64,000 bases of DNA from an uncultured Planctomycetia bacterium (GTDB taxonomy: Bacteria > Omnitrophota > Gorgyraeia > 2-01-FULL-45-10 > JAHFGN01), in assembly GCA_964354545.1 (NCBI GenBank), contig CAYHAE010000002.1, forward strand, positions 3,847 through 67,846, written 5' to 3'. The notes under the pieces are model-generated. The model was not told where the DNA came from, made no database searches, and saw only the letters and a list, made by a program, of their open reading frames with translations. The translations under genes were made by a program, and so were the position numbers. This document shows positions 54,520-64,000 of the stretch, in pieces. The stretch's first letter is position 1; each line of letters begins with the position of its first letter.

Positions 54520-56676
54520 ATGGCTGATACGCCGGACCTCCATACAAATCGGCTTATCAACGAAAAGAGCCCCTACCTCCTTCAGCATGCGCACAATCCC
54601 GTTGACTGGTATCCGTGGGGAAACGAGGCCTTCGATAAGGCGGCGAAGGAGGACAAGCCGATCTTCCTCTCGATCGGATATTCCGCCTGCCACTGGTGCC
54701 ACGTGATGGAAAAAGAGTCCTTCTCTGACCCGGAGATCGCGCGGATCCTCAACGAGCATTTTGTCCCCATTAAAGTGGATAGGGAAGAGAGGCCGGACAT
54801 AGACGCCGCGTATATGCATGCCCTCGTCGCGATGACGGGGTCGGGAGGATGGCCGCTCAACATTTTTATGACTCCGGATAAGAAGCCGTTTTACGGCGGG
54901 ACGTACTTTCCTCCCGAAGACAGGTGGGGAAGGCAGGGGCTTAAGACAACGCTGCTCTCGATCGCCGAGGTATGGAAAAACTATCGGCAGGATGTCGTAG
55001 AGAAAGCGGTGGTAGGGTTTGGGGTTGTCCGTGAGAGGGGCGCGGTCCAAGAGAAGATCGGGAGGGGAGGGTATCCCCTCGATGAAACGGCGCTCGAGAA
55101 TGCGTATGAGGAGCTCTCGTCGCACGTCGATCCGCGCTATGGAGGATTCAGCGAAGCGCCCAAATTTCCGACACCACACACGATTTCGTTTTTACTCAGG
55201 TACTGGAAACGCACGGGCAACCCGAGGTCCCTTGAGATGGCGGAGAGGACGTTATCGGAGATGGCGCACGGAGGCATTCGTGACCACCTTGGCGGGGGAT
55301 TCCACAGGTACTCGACGGATGCTCTGTGGAGGATCCCCCATTTCGAGAAGATGCTTTATGACCAGGCCCTCATCGCGAGGGCGTATCTCGAAGCATACCA
55401 GGCGACAGGAAAAGGTGAATATGCGCAGGCCGCACGGGAGATATTCGACTATGTGCTTCGGGATATGAGAGGACGCGAGGGCGGATTCTTTTGCGGCCTC
55501 GACGCGGATTCCGCACCGGACGGCCGATATCCGGAGAAGAGAGAGGAAGGGGCTTTTTATCTCTGGAGACAGGACGAGATCAAAAAAATATTTGGAGATG
55601 AGAACGCCGCGATCGTCAATTACTATTTCGGAGTGGAGCCATCCGGCAACGCGGTTTCAGATCCCACGGGTGAATGGGAGGGAAAGAACGTGCTCTACAT
55701 CTTCCATGGCGCCGAAGAGACTGCGCGCCGTTTCCATAAAGACGTATCGGAGGTCAGGCGTTTCGTGGAGGCGGCCAAGGAGAAGCTCTCGAGCGTCCGT
55801 TCGGAAAGGCTCGCGCCTCGTCTCGATGATAAGATTTTAGTTGACTGGAACGGCCTCATGATCTCGAGCCTTGCGTACGGCTCCCGCGTCCTCGGTGAGG
55901 CGCGATACAGGGAGGCGGCGGAACAGGCCGCCCAGTTTATCGTGAAGAACCTCGTTGATAAGAGCGGAAGGCTCCTCCACCGCTACCGGGACGGAGAGGG
56001 AGCCATCCGCGGCATGATCGATGATTATGCATTCTTTGTCCATGGCCTCATCGACCTCTATGAGGCGACGCTGGAGTTCCGCTACCTGGACAGCGCGGTC
56101 GATCTCTCGCAGAAGATGATCGATCTCTTTTGGGATAACGAAAGCGGGGGCTTCTACTTCACGGCGTCCGATGCCGAGAAGCAGGCGCTGGGGAGGATAA
56201 AAGAGATCTACGACGGGGATATTCCCTCGGGGAATTCGATCGCAGCGCTCGACCTGCTTCGTCTCGGCAGATTCACCATGGATGAGGAGTTCGAGCAGAG
56301 GGCGGCAGCGCTTTTCAAGGCATTCTCGGGCGAGGTCTTCAGCCTGCCGAGCGGACATGCGCAGACCCTCATCGCTCTAGATTTCGCGCTCGGACCATCT
56401 ACCGAGATCGCGCTCGCGGGCAACAAAGACGACCCCGAGTTCATCGGCATGCTCCGATCGATCTACGCACGGTTTATGCCCAGTAAAGTGGTCGCATACC
56501 GGCCGGTCTCGGACGACGAGCTCGAAGAAGTCTGTCGGCGGATACCGTTCTTAAAAGACCAACCCCCGCTCGGAGGATCGCCCACCGCATATGTGTGTGC
56601 ACATTATACGTGCTCGCTGCCTGTGACGCGGGCCGAGGAACTCAGCGCGATCCTCGATGGGGAGCAGGGGCGTTAG
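54520..56676 (+). CDS. thioredoxin-domain protein YyaL (DUF255 + six-hairpin glycosidase-like)
   Basis: About 718 aa. [50 protein letters not shown]. Upstream extension to 54313 rejected. Confidence 0.75.
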   Translation: MADTPDLHTNRLINEKSPYLLQHAHNPVDWYPWGNEAFDKAAKEDKPIFLSIGYSACHWCHVMEKESFSDPEIARILNEHFVPIKVDREERPDIDAAYMHALVAMTGSGGWPLNIFMTPDKKPFYGGTYFPPEDRWGRQGLKTTLLSIAEVWKNYRQDVVEKAVVGFGVVRERGAVQEKIGRGGYPLDETALENAYEELSSHVDPRYGGFSEAPKFPTPHTISFLLRYWKRTGNPRSLEMAERTLSEMAHGGIRDHLGGGFHRYSTDALWRIPHFEKMLYDQALIARAYLEAYQATGKGEYAQAAREIFDYVLRDMRGREGGFFCGLDADSAPDGRYPEKREEGAFYLWRQDEIKKIFGDENAAIVNYYFGVEPSGNAVSDPTGEWEGKNVLYIFHGAEETARRFHKDVSEVRRFVEAAKEKLSSVRSERLAPRLDDKILVDWNGLMISSLAYGSRVLGEARYREAAEQAAQFIVKNLVDKSGRLLHRYRDGEGAIRGMIDDYAFFVHGLIDLYEATLEFRYLDSAVDLSQKMIDLFWDNESGGFYFTASDAEKQALGRIKEIYDGDIPSGNSIAALDLLRLGRFTMDEEFEQRAAALFKAFSGEVFSLPSGHAQTLIALDFALGPSTEIALAGNKDDPEFIGMLRSIYARFMPSKVVAYRPVSDDELEEVCRRIPFLKDQPPLGGSPTAYVCAHYTCSLPVTRAEELSAILDGEQGR

Positions 56677-56742
56677 TTCCGCCGCATCGGCGTAAGGGCA
56701 GAGAAGCTTATTCCCGAACAGGGACACGGTAGTAAAGGAGGC

Positions 56743-57219
56743 GTGAAGATGAAGACGCTCGTGATATTCTACTCGAGGACAGGGGTTACGAGGAAAGTGG
56801 CGGAGGCGATCTCCGATCTCCTTCGATGCGAAAGGGAAGAGATCGTTGATACAAAGGACAGGGCAGGGGCGATGGGGTATTTGCGGGCAGGGAGGGACGC
56901 GAGCTTGAAAAAGATCACGGAGATCAAAAAAGTGAAGAGCGACCCTTCGTCGTATGACATGGTCATCATCGGCACGCCGGTGTGGGCATTTACGATGTCC
57001 ACGCCGGTACGGACATACCTCCTGCAGAACAAGGGGCGCTTTAAAAAAGCGGCATTCTTCTGCACCCAGGGTGGCGCGGGCAACAAGGGCGCTTTCCGCG
57101 ATATGGAAGAGGCATCGGGAGTCAAACCCTGCGGCACATTCGTGCTCAAGACGGGAGAAATAGTCCGAGACGACTATCGGTCGGAGGTGAAACGGTTCGT
57201 TGAGGGCTTGAGCGCATAA
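56743..57219 (+). CDS. flavodoxin-fold protein
   Basis: 158 aa. KTLVIFYSRTGVTRKVAEAI...MVIIGTPVWAF. Confidence 0.6.
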   Translation: MKMKTLVIFYSRTGVTRKVAEAISDLLRCEREEIVDTKDRAGAMGYLRAGRDASLKKITEIKKVKSDPSSYDMVIIGTPVWAFTMSTPVRTYLLQNKGRFKKAAFFCTQGGAGNKGAFRDMEEASGVKPCGTFVLKTGEIVRDDYRSEVKRFVEGLSA

Positions 57220-57230
57220 GCGGATGAGAT

Positions 57231-57788
57231 ATGAATAGCAATATTATTTTACTTATAGCCCTAGGATTGGCGATGGATGCATTCGCAGCATCCATCGCGA
57301 GCGGTGTGACGATCACGCGGGACAAGGTGTATCACGCAATCCGTATCGCGTTCTCTTTCGGGTCTTTCCAGGCGCTCATGCCGCTTACAGGCTGGTATGC
57401 CGGATCCTGCGTAAGACAGTGTGTATCGGGCATCGACCACTGGATCGCATGCGGCATACTGAGCGCGATCGGCGCCAAAATGATCTATGACGGCGCGGTG
57501 GCGCGGCGGGAAGAGGATGCACGCGATCCGCTCAATGTCTCTATGCTGCTCATGCTCTCAGTCGCAACGAGCATCGATGCGTTCGCCGTCGGCATGAGCC
57601 TCTCCTTTTTGAACGTAGGAGTCTTGGGCCCCGCGCTTGTCATCGGGATGGTAACATTCGCGCTCTCTTTCATCGGAGTATTTGTCGGTACTCGATTCGG
57701 TCGCAAATTCGGGCGCAGGGTCGAGATTGCCGGAGGCCTTGTTTTAATTTTCATTGGCATCAAGATCGTGGCCGAGCATCTGGGCTGA
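57231..57788 (+). CDS. mntP: manganese efflux pump MntP (DUF204)
   Basis: 185 aa, six TM helices. Duplicated LAMDAFAAS/SIDAFAVGMS motifs. Confidence 0.75.
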   Translation: MNSNIILLIALGLAMDAFAASIASGVTITRDKVYHAIRIAFSFGSFQALMPLTGWYAGSCVRQCVSGIDHWIACGILSAIGAKMIYDGAVARREEDARDPLNVSMLLMLSVATSIDAFAVGMSLSFLNVGVLGPALVIGMVTFALSFIGVFVGTRFGRKFGRRVEIAGGLVLIFIGIKIVAEHLG

Positions 57789-57828
57789 CAGAACCCTTCC
57801 AAGACGATGAGCTGAGGAGGTGATTGTG

Positions 57829-58002
57829 ATGTTTGGGATCGGTATGCAGGAGCTTTTGGTAATACTCTTGATATGTCTTTTGATCTTTGGCGCGAGTAAA
57901 CTGCCCGAGATAGGGAAGGCATTGGGAAGGACCGTGCATGAGTTCAAGAAGGGCCTGAAGGAGACGGACTCGGGAGACGCCGGGGAGGAAAAGAAGAGTT
58001 AG
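57829..58002 (+). CDS. tatA: twin-arginine translocase TatA/E
   Basis: 57 aa. [43 protein letters not shown] 8 nt upstream. Confidence 0.8.
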   Translation: MFGIGMQELLVILLICLLIFGASKLPEIGKALGRTVHEFKKGLKETDSGDAGEEKKS

Positions 58003-58019
58003 GTTATCGGGGCTGACCC

Positions 58020-58730
58020 ATGGATGAATTGACGGTGGTTGAACACCTTGAGGAACTTCGGCGAAGGATCATCGTAGCCATAAGCGCACTCATCGCGGCA
58101 AGCTGTCTCTCATTTCCGTTCGCATCGCGCATCCTTACGATCATTCAATCTCCGAGCGCCGGCCTGATCGACAAACTCGCATTCTTCAGCCCCCAGGAGG
58201 CCCTCGTCGTACATGTGAAGATATCGGTCTGCACAGGGATCGTGATATCGATGCCGGTATTATTGTACGAGATATGGGCTTTTCTCTCGCCGGCCCTTGA
58301 GAATAAGCGCAAGGTCCACGTTGTAGCGTTTCTCACTGCGTCCATGTGTGCGTTCATTGCGGGAAGCGCATTCGGTTTCTTTGTCATAATACCTCCCGTG
58401 TTGCGGTTCCTCCTCGGCTTTTCGAATAGCGCCCTGGAGCCCGTGATATCGATCTCCCACTACACATCGTTCGTGACGGTCCTGGTGCTGGGGTGCGGTG
58501 TCATTTTCGAGATGCCGGTCGTGAGTTACATACTCTCCAAGATCGGCATCATCAACCCGAAGGTCCTCCGAAGGGGCTGGAAATACGCTGTTGTAGGGAT
58601 ATTCATTATCGCGGCCATCGTAACCCCCACCCCCGATGCGTTCACTATGGTTGTCCTTGCGATTCCGATGCTCTTCCTCTATGAGCTGAGCATATGGGTT
58701 GCGTGGTGCGCGTACCCGCGCAGGCCATAG
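58020..58730 (+). CDS. tatC: twin-arginine translocase TatC
   Basis: 236 aa, six TM helices. HLEELRRRII N-term motif. Confidence 0.85.
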   Translation: MDELTVVEHLEELRRRIIVAISALIAASCLSFPFASRILTIIQSPSAGLIDKLAFFSPQEALVVHVKISVCTGIVISMPVLLYEIWAFLSPALENKRKVHVVAFLTASMCAFIAGSAFGFFVIIPPVLRFLLGFSNSALEPVISISHYTSFVTVLVLGCGVIFEMPVVSYILSKIGIINPKVLRRGWKYAVVGIFIIAAIVTPTPDAFTMVVLAIPMLFLYELSIWVAWCAYPRRP

Positions 58731-58797
58731 CGCATTCGCATTGAACCGCAGATGCCTGCGTAAGCGCCGAAGGGGCAGCGCACGGGAATTTTAGTCC

Positions 58798-58826
58798 TTG
58801 AAATATTTCCGTGTCTGGCATATTAT
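58798..58826 (+). promoter_or_regulatory. putative promoter TTGAAA-17-TATTAT for the FNT transporter gene
   Basis: Read directly. Confidence 0.4.
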
Positions 58827-58874
58827 GAAGTGGGGGGGGGTAACGGGGTCGTCTTTGAAGGGAAGATGTTAACG

Positions 58875-58887
58875 GTGAGCTGCTCAC
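58875..58887. promoter_or_regulatory. 13-bp palindrome GTGAGCtGCTCAC (candidate operator) just upstream of the FNT-transporter RBS
   Basis: Read directly. Confidence 0.35.
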
Positions 58888-58904
58888 TATAAAGGAGATG
58901 CGCG

Positions 58905-59747
58905 ATGACCAACGATCTTTTTTTAAGCCCCATAGAGGTATCGAGGGCCCTTAGGACTATCGGCGAAAAAAAGGCGGCCGCATCATTATACGAACTATTC
59001 ATCTTTGGGGTCCTTGCGGGGATATATATTGCGTTCGGCGCCAATGTCGCGACCGCTGTCGTGAGCGGAGGTACATTGGACGCGGGTTTCGCGCGATTTC
59101 TCTCCGGGAGCGTTTTCAGCGTCGGCCTCATGCTGGTGCTCATCCCGGGCTCGGAGCTATTCACGGGCAACATCCTCATGACCATAGGGTTTATTTACCG
59201 GAGATATTCGTTCATCAAGGTCTTGCGCAACTGGCTGGTCGTCTATTGCGGCAACCTATTGGGCGCGGTGGTCATCGCCTGGCTCGTATCGGGCTCCGGC
59301 TTTCTTGCTCACGCGGGCGGCGTATCCCCGATAGGGGCCGCGGCGATCAAGATCGCCGAGACCAAGCTGGGGTTAGGTTTTATGGAGGCGGTGTACCGGG
59401 GCATCTTGTGCAATATGCTCGTATGCCTTGCGGTCATAATGAGCATGGCCGCCAGAACGGTCACCGGTAAAATATTCGGGATCTATTTCCCGATCATGGC
59501 GTTCGTTGCGTCGGGATTCGAGCACTCTGTCGCCAATATGTACTTCTTGCCCGTCGGCCTTATGGCAAAAGGGGAATTCGCGTCGGGATTTCTTACCATT
59601 TTCAATAACCTCATCCCCGTCACTATCGGCAATATCATCGGCGGGCTGCTGATCGTTCTGCTGCACCCCAAGGTAGAGAAGAAGATCGCCGGACTTATTA
59701 TGGGAAAAAAGGAGACAGAGGGCGGGCCGCCTGGCGTGCGTGCGTAG
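58905..59747 (+). CDS. formate/nitrite transporter family channel (FocA/NirC-like)
   Basis: 280 aa. FNT signature FLSGSVFSVGLMLVLIPGSELFTGN. GFEHSVANMYF. Confidence 0.8.
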   Translation: MTNDLFLSPIEVSRALRTIGEKKAAASLYELFIFGVLAGIYIAFGANVATAVVSGGTLDAGFARFLSGSVFSVGLMLVLIPGSELFTGNILMTIGFIYRRYSFIKVLRNWLVVYCGNLLGAVVIAWLVSGSGFLAHAGGVSPIGAAAIKIAETKLGLGFMEAVYRGILCNMLVCLAVIMSMAARTVTGKIFGIYFPIMAFVASGFEHSVANMYFLPVGLMAKGEFASGFLTIFNNLIPVTIGNIIGGLLIVLLHPKVEKKIAGLIMGKKETEGGPPGVRA

Positions 59748-59810
59748 GCGTCTGGCCGAAAGCGCGGCGCGATGGGTCGGCCACCGCTGTACGAAATCCC
59801 GTAAAAATCA

Positions 59811-59838
59811 TTGACATGCGAATCGGTTGTGCTATAAT
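59811..59838 (+). promoter_or_regulatory. near-consensus promoter TTGACA-16-TGcTATAAT
   Basis: Consensus -35, consensus extended -10. Confidence 0.6.
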
Positions 59839-59844
59839 CTTTTA

Positions 59845-59933
59845 CGGTTGGCACGGTCTCATGGGTGCGACAAGGGTGGGCCGTGAGAGGACGATGGCGT
59901 CCCCAATGCTAAAAATGGGGACGTTTTTTATTT
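59845..59933 (+). ncRNA. candidate about 90-nt small RNA or regulatory leader (promoter-to-terminator unit) upstream of gdhA
   Basis: Bounded by the consensus promoter and an intrinsic terminator. Internal helices CACGGTC/GGCCGTG and GACG/CGTC. No ORF. Confidence 0.4.
59898..59933 (+). terminator. intrinsic terminator (GCGTCCCCA/TGGGGACG + TTTTTTATTT)
   Basis: 8-9-bp GC-rich stem, 10-nt loop, U-tract. Confidence 0.75.
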
Positions 59934-60018
59934 GATCTGGCGTGCCTCAAAAGCGGGCAGCGCGGTCAAGGGGCGGGGCGGTCGCTTAATGACTGAAACG
60001 GCATAGGAGGGAAAGGAA

Positions 60019-61356
60019 ATGTCAAAGAAGATCGAAGAATTTATGGCGAAGGTCATCGAGAAAAATCCCGGTGAAAGCGAATTCCACCAGGCGGTGCGGG
60101 AAGTGGTGGAGTCGGTAACGCCGTTCATCGAGAAGAATCCAAAATACCAGGAAGCCAAGATCCTGGAGAGGATGGTTGAGCCGGAACGGGTGATAATGTT
60201 CCGCGTTCCCTGGACGGACGATAAGGGCGAGGTCCAGATAAACAGGGGGTTCCGCATCGAGATGAGCAGCGCCATAGGGCCCTATAAAGGCGGTATACGT
60301 TTTCACCCCAGCGTAAACCTGGGGATACTGAAATTCCTGGCGTTTGAGCAGGTCTTCAAGAACAGTTTGACCACGTTGCCCATGGGTGGCGGGAAGGGCG
60401 GCTCCGATTTCGATCCCAAAGGAAAGTCGGACAACGAGGTGATGAGGTTCTGCCAGAGTTTTATGACGGAGCTGCAGCGGCACATCGGCCCCGATACGGA
60501 TGTGCCTGCGGGAGATATAGGCGTCGGCGGCCGCGAGATAGGGTACATGTTCGGTCAGTATAAAAGGCTGCGCAACGAATTCACGGGGGTCCTCACCGGC
60601 AAAGGGTTGAACTGGGGCGGCAGCCTGATCAGGCCTGAGGCGACAGGCTACGGGTGCGTCTATTTCGTCGAAGAGATGCTGAAGACGAGAGGGGAGTCTT
60701 TAAAAGGGAAGGTGTGCGTGCTCTCAGGCGCCGGCAACGTCACCCAGTACACCGCGGAAAAACTCATCCAGCTGGGCGCAAAGGTGGTGACGCTGTCGGA
60801 TTCCAACGGGTTCATCTACGACGAGAAAGGCATCGACATGAAAGAGTTGAAGTGCGCGCTCGAGATCAAGAACGTGAAACGGGGCCGCATAAAAGAATGC
60901 GCGAGCGAGTTCAGCTGCACGTACTCCGAGAACCAGCGCCCCTGGGGGGTGAAGTGTGACGTCGCGTTTCCAGGCGCAACGCAGAACGAGATAAGCGGGG
61001 ACGATGCGAAGACGTTGGTCAAGAACGGCTGCATCGCGATAGGCGAAGGCGCAAACATGCCCACCACCCCGGAAGGCATTAAGGTATTTCAGAAGGCAAA
61101 GATCCTCTATGCGCCCGGGAAAGCGGCGAACGCCGGCGGCGTCGCGACCTCTGGCCTCGAGATGTCACAGAACAGCATGAGGCTGTCGTGGTCCCGCGAA
61201 GAAGTCGATAAAAAACTGCGCGAGATCATGATCGCTATCCATGAGCAGTGCGTGAAGTACGGCAAAGAAGGCAAATACGTGAATTATGTGGATGGCGCCA
61301 ATATCGGAGGATTCGTAAAAGTGGCCGATGCCATGCTCGACCAGGGTCTGGTCTGA
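60019..61356 (+). CDS. gdhA: NADP-specific glutamate dehydrogenase
   Basis: 445 aa. GDH signature LPMGGGKGGSDFDPKGKSD. AGGAGGGAAAGG RBS. Confidence 0.9.
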   Translation: MSKKIEEFMAKVIEKNPGESEFHQAVREVVESVTPFIEKNPKYQEAKILERMVEPERVIMFRVPWTDDKGEVQINRGFRIEMSSAIGPYKGGIRFHPSVNLGILKFLAFEQVFKNSLTTLPMGGGKGGSDFDPKGKSDNEVMRFCQSFMTELQRHIGPDTDVPAGDIGVGGREIGYMFGQYKRLRNEFTGVLTGKGLNWGGSLIRPEATGYGCVYFVEEMLKTRGESLKGKVCVLSGAGNVTQYTAEKLIQLGAKVVTLSDSNGFIYDEKGIDMKELKCALEIKNVKRGRIKECASEFSCTYSENQRPWGVKCDVAFPGATQNEISGDDAKTLVKNGCIAIGEGANMPTTPEGIKVFQKAKILYAPGKAANAGGVATSGLEMSQNSMRLSWSREEVDKKLREIMIAIHEQCVKYGKEGKYVNYVDGANIGGFVKVADAMLDQGLV

Positions 61357-61525
61357 TCCCGTTGCCAGACTTCCCCTACAATAGGATATAAATGCCTTGA
61401 CTTTTATTGACAAAAGAGAGATAATTTTCACCAATTAGTGCGACAATGAGTACGCATAACGAATATGGGCGTGAGACGGCTGTAACATGAAGAGAGTGTC
61501 GTGTTTTCTTAGCAGTGATCCCTGA

Positions 61526-61555
61526 GGGCGGAGTTTTCTCCGCCCTTTTCGTTTT
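61526..61555 (+). terminator. intrinsic terminator upstream of carA (GGGCGGAG-tttt-CTCCGCCC + TTTTCGTTTT)
   Basis: Perfect 8-bp stem, tetraloop, U-rich tail. The 3' arm can alternatively pair with downstream AAAAGGGCGG. Confidence 0.7.
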
Positions 61556-61598
61556 AAAAGGGCGGGGAGGGCGTGTGCCATTCAAAGAGGAGCGGAGT

Positions 61599-62717
61599 AT
61601 GAGAGCGCTATTAGTATTGGAAGATGGGAGCACATATGAGGGAAGATCTATAGGTGTGCAGGGAGAGAGGATCGGGGAAGTGGTCATGAATACCTCGGTC
61701 GTCGGGTACCAGGAGATGATGACGGACCCTGCACACGCGGGCAAGATCCTGGTCCTGACATACCCTCTCATAGGAAATTACGGCATTGCAAAAAAATTCA
61801 ACGAGTCCCGGAAGTGCTGGATAGAGGCGCTCGTCATAAAAGAGGAGAGCGCCATCGCTTCTAACTGGCAGTCCGAGGGAACGTTCGATGCGTTCCTCAA
61901 AGAGGAGGGTCTCTTTGCGCTAAGCGGGGTCGATACAAGGACCCTCGCGGTGCGGATCCGGGAGCGCGGCGAGATGCTCGGGATAATCTCGACAAAAGCA
62001 GCTGCGCGCACCAGGCTTGTGAATAGGTTGAAAACCCACAAGAAAAAAGGTCTCAAGAAGGATTTCATACGACAGATCTCTGTCGACAAGATCACGGAGG
62101 AGAAGGGGCGTTCGTCGTGTCCTCGCGTGGGCATCATAGACCTCGGGATGCCGCGCAGCTTCATTGCGCAGCTGAAGGCGCTCGGGTGTTCTACGGTCCT
62201 CATGCCCTACGACACGGATGCGCGCAGGGTCCTCTCTCTCGATCTCGACGGCCTCATCGTCTCCAGCGGACCCGAGGACGACGAGGCGATCCCTAAGGTC
62301 ACGAATACGGTGAGGTCGCTTATCGGCAAGGTCCCTCTCTTGGGCATCTCCACCGGCCACGAGATCATCTGTCGGGCGCGCGGATGGAAACTCAAAAAAA
62401 TGAAGACGGGCCATCGCGGCGTGAATTATCCGGTGTTGTCGCCAGGCTCGTTCAAGGGCGATATCACGGTGCAGAATCACTCCTTTGTGCTCGACGATCA
62501 TTCCATGAAACCGCGCGGGGACGCCACGATCACCCTGCGCAACGCGAATGACAGGACGGTCGAGGAGGTGGTGAGCGCATCGCTCAAATTCATCTCCGCT
62601 CAATACTACCCGGCGAGCCCGGGATTCGGCGAAGTGCACCCACTCTTCAAGAGATTCATCGTGCTGATGAAAGGAGCCAGGGAAAGGAATCCGGTATGCC
62701 AAAGCGCAAAGATATAA
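61599..62717 (+). CDS. carA: carbamoyl-phosphate synthase small-subunit homologue with degenerate glutaminase triad
   Basis: 372 aa. CarA N-domain conserved. In the GATase domain GISTGHE replaces GICLGHQ and QYYPASPG replaces QGHPEASPG. AAGAGGAG RBS. Confidence 0.75.
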   Translation: MRALLVLEDGSTYEGRSIGVQGERIGEVVMNTSVVGYQEMMTDPAHAGKILVLTYPLIGNYGIAKKFNESRKCWIEALVIKEESAIASNWQSEGTFDAFLKEEGLFALSGVDTRTLAVRIRERGEMLGIISTKAAARTRLVNRLKTHKKKGLKKDFIRQISVDKITEEKGRSSCPRVGIIDLGMPRSFIAQLKALGCSTVLMPYDTDARRVLSLDLDGLIVSSGPEDDEAIPKVTNTVRSLIGKVPLLGISTGHEIICRARGWKLKKMKTGHRGVNYPVLSPGSFKGDITVQNHSFVLDDHSMKPRGDATITLRNANDRTVEEVVSASLKFISAQYYPASPGFGEVHPLFKRFIVLMKGARERNPVCQSAKI

Positions 62718-64000
62718 AGAAGATATTGATGATCGGTTCGGGTCCCATCGTCATTGGACAGGCCTGTGAATTCGACTATTCCGGCTCCCAGGCCTGCAAG
62801 GCGCTCCGCGAAGAGGGTTACTATACGATACTCGTCAACAGCAATCCGGCCACGATCATGACGGACCCGGGCATGGCGGATGTCACCTACATAGAGCCGC
62901 TTACCGTTGAGGTCCTCACCGAGATAATAAGGAAAGAGAGGCCGGACGCGATCCTGCCTACGCTCGGTGGTCAAACGGGGCTCAACCTTGCGTTCTTTTT
63001 GATGAAGGAAGGCGTGCTCAAGAAATACGGAGTCGAGTCGATAGGCGCGAGCGTGGACGCGATCTCGAGGGCCGAGGACAGAAAGCTTTTCAAGAAGGCG
63101 ATGCAGGAGATCGGCATCGACGTCCCAAAGAGCGGTATCGCGACGACCGTCGAGGAGGGCATGAAGATCGGCCTCGGCATCGGCTTCCCTCTCATCCTGA
63201 GGCCCGCGTATTGCCTGGGGGGCAGCGGAGGATCCACCGCCTATAACAAAGAGGAATTGAAAGAATATCTCGCGAAGGGTATCGAGATAAGCCCCGTCGG
63301 GCAGGTGCTCGTCGAGCAGTCGGTGCTCGGGTGGAAGGAGATAGAGTTCGAGGTGATGAGGGACTGCGTCGACAACGTGATCATGATCACCTCTATGGAA
63401 AACGTCGATCCTATGGGCGTTCATACCGGCGACAGCATCGTGGTGGCCCCGTCCCAGAGCCTCACGGACGAGGAATATGTGCAGTTCGTGAACCTCTCCA
63501 AAAAGATCATACGGAAGGTCGACATTACGGGCGGCGGCGCGAACATCCAGTTTGGGCAAAACCCGGACGATGGCCACATCGTCATCATCGAAGTCAACCC
63601 GCGCCTCTCCCGCAGCTCTGCGCTTGCCTCCAAGGCGACCGGCTTCCCGATCGCGCGGGTTGCCACAAAACTCGCGGTGGGCCTTACCCTGCCGGAGGTC
63701 CTCAACCAGATCACGGGGAAGACGGCCTCGTTCTTTGAGCCGACCGTCGATTACTGCGTCTTTAAGATATGCAGGTTCACCTTTGAAAAATTCCCGCAGG
63801 CGCAGAGGACCATCAATACCTCGATGAAGGCGGTCGGCGAGGCGATGTCCATCGGCCGTAATTTCCGGGAGGCGCTCCAGAAGGGGATACGGTCGACCGA
63901 GACAGGAAGGTTCGGGCTGGGTGCCGACGGGAAAGACAAGATCGCCGATGACATGCTGCGCAATGCCTCCCCGGACCTCGTGCAGGAGATAAAGGAGAAG
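62695..64000 (+). CDS. carB: carbamoyl-phosphate synthase large subunit (3' end outside window)
   Basis: [40 protein letters not shown]-grasp motifs. Overlaps the carA end. No stop before the window end. Confidence 0.85.

Noticed and set aside
61440-61530. Leader-peptide ORFs (12-13 codons) upstream of carA
   Set aside because: No Arg or pyrimidine-related codon enrichment and no RBS. Kept only as part of the terminator observation.
62606-63577. 323-aa minus-strand ORF
   Set aside because: Antisense to the strongly supported carB. Arg/His-rich with no recognisable motifs.
1-64000. Mobile elements, prophage, rRNA, tRNA, CRISPR
   Set aside because: No transposase, integrase or recombinase-like ORFs, no terminal inverted repeats flanking a cargo region, no rRNA-like conserved stretches and no tRNA candidates found by eye in intergenic regions.

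Overview
High-GC (~58-60%), gene-dense bacterial chromosomal segment with about 75 predicted CDS. All but two CDS are on the + strand. I found no rRNA, tRNA, CRISPR array, transposase or integrase. The long minus-strand ORFs are Arg-rich antisense artefacts typical of high-GC DNA. Gene content, in order: (i) 2-oxoacid block: aspartate aminotransferase, archaeal-type LeuC/LeuD-like dehydratase, isocitrate/homoisocitrate-type dehydrogenase, malate dehydrogenase. (ii) Lipoate block: lpd, lipB, lipA, and a translationally coupled stand-alone lipoyl-domain protein. (iii) Membrane-lipid and glycosyl transfer: GT28 MGDG-synthase-like, LpxL/HtrB-type acyltransferase, GT2, plus pcm and an M23 lipoprotein. 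(iv) A tightly packed operon of Arch_ATPase-family ATPase, metallophosphoesterase, divergent ThyA-family enzyme, HIT, dGTPase and GAF/HD-GYP, followed by a UvrD-helicase/Cas4-like Fe-S nuclease fusion. (v) A c-di-GMP-effector-rich accessory island. It holds an ExeA/GspB-like pair transcribed divergently from four stand-alone PilZ proteins. These are interleaved with two paralogous small secreted proteins that resemble the exosortase-associated TIGR04073 family. The island also carries DUF4416, DUF523, HIT, flavin-reductase-like, a membrane alpha/beta hydrolase and a fused MFS/spermidine-synthase. (vi) A translationally coupled operon: STAS-PilZ fusion, pentapeptide-repeat/K+-channel fusion, PflX-like radical SAM, GAF-ANTAR regulator. 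(vii) Housekeeping genes: panD, def, cspA, yqeY, nadE, pckG, PduO-type adenosyltransferase with class II RNR, yyaL, mntP, tatA, tatC, FNT transporter, gdhA, a carA with a degenerate glutaminase triad, and carB (truncated). Non-coding highlights: a recurrent structured intergenic element (CGCCGAAG ... GCGAAGGCGGG, three copies, one inverted); a family of GC-rich CATG-centred palindromes; a long repeat-rich cspA leader; a candidate about 90-nt sRNA/leader between a near-consensus promoter and an intrinsic terminator upstream of gdhA; an unannotated entericidin-like 48-aa lipoprotein ORF; several recurring TTGACA-N17/18-TATACT promoters. I could not run a search or fold from here, so all domain calls rest on motif recognition by eye.
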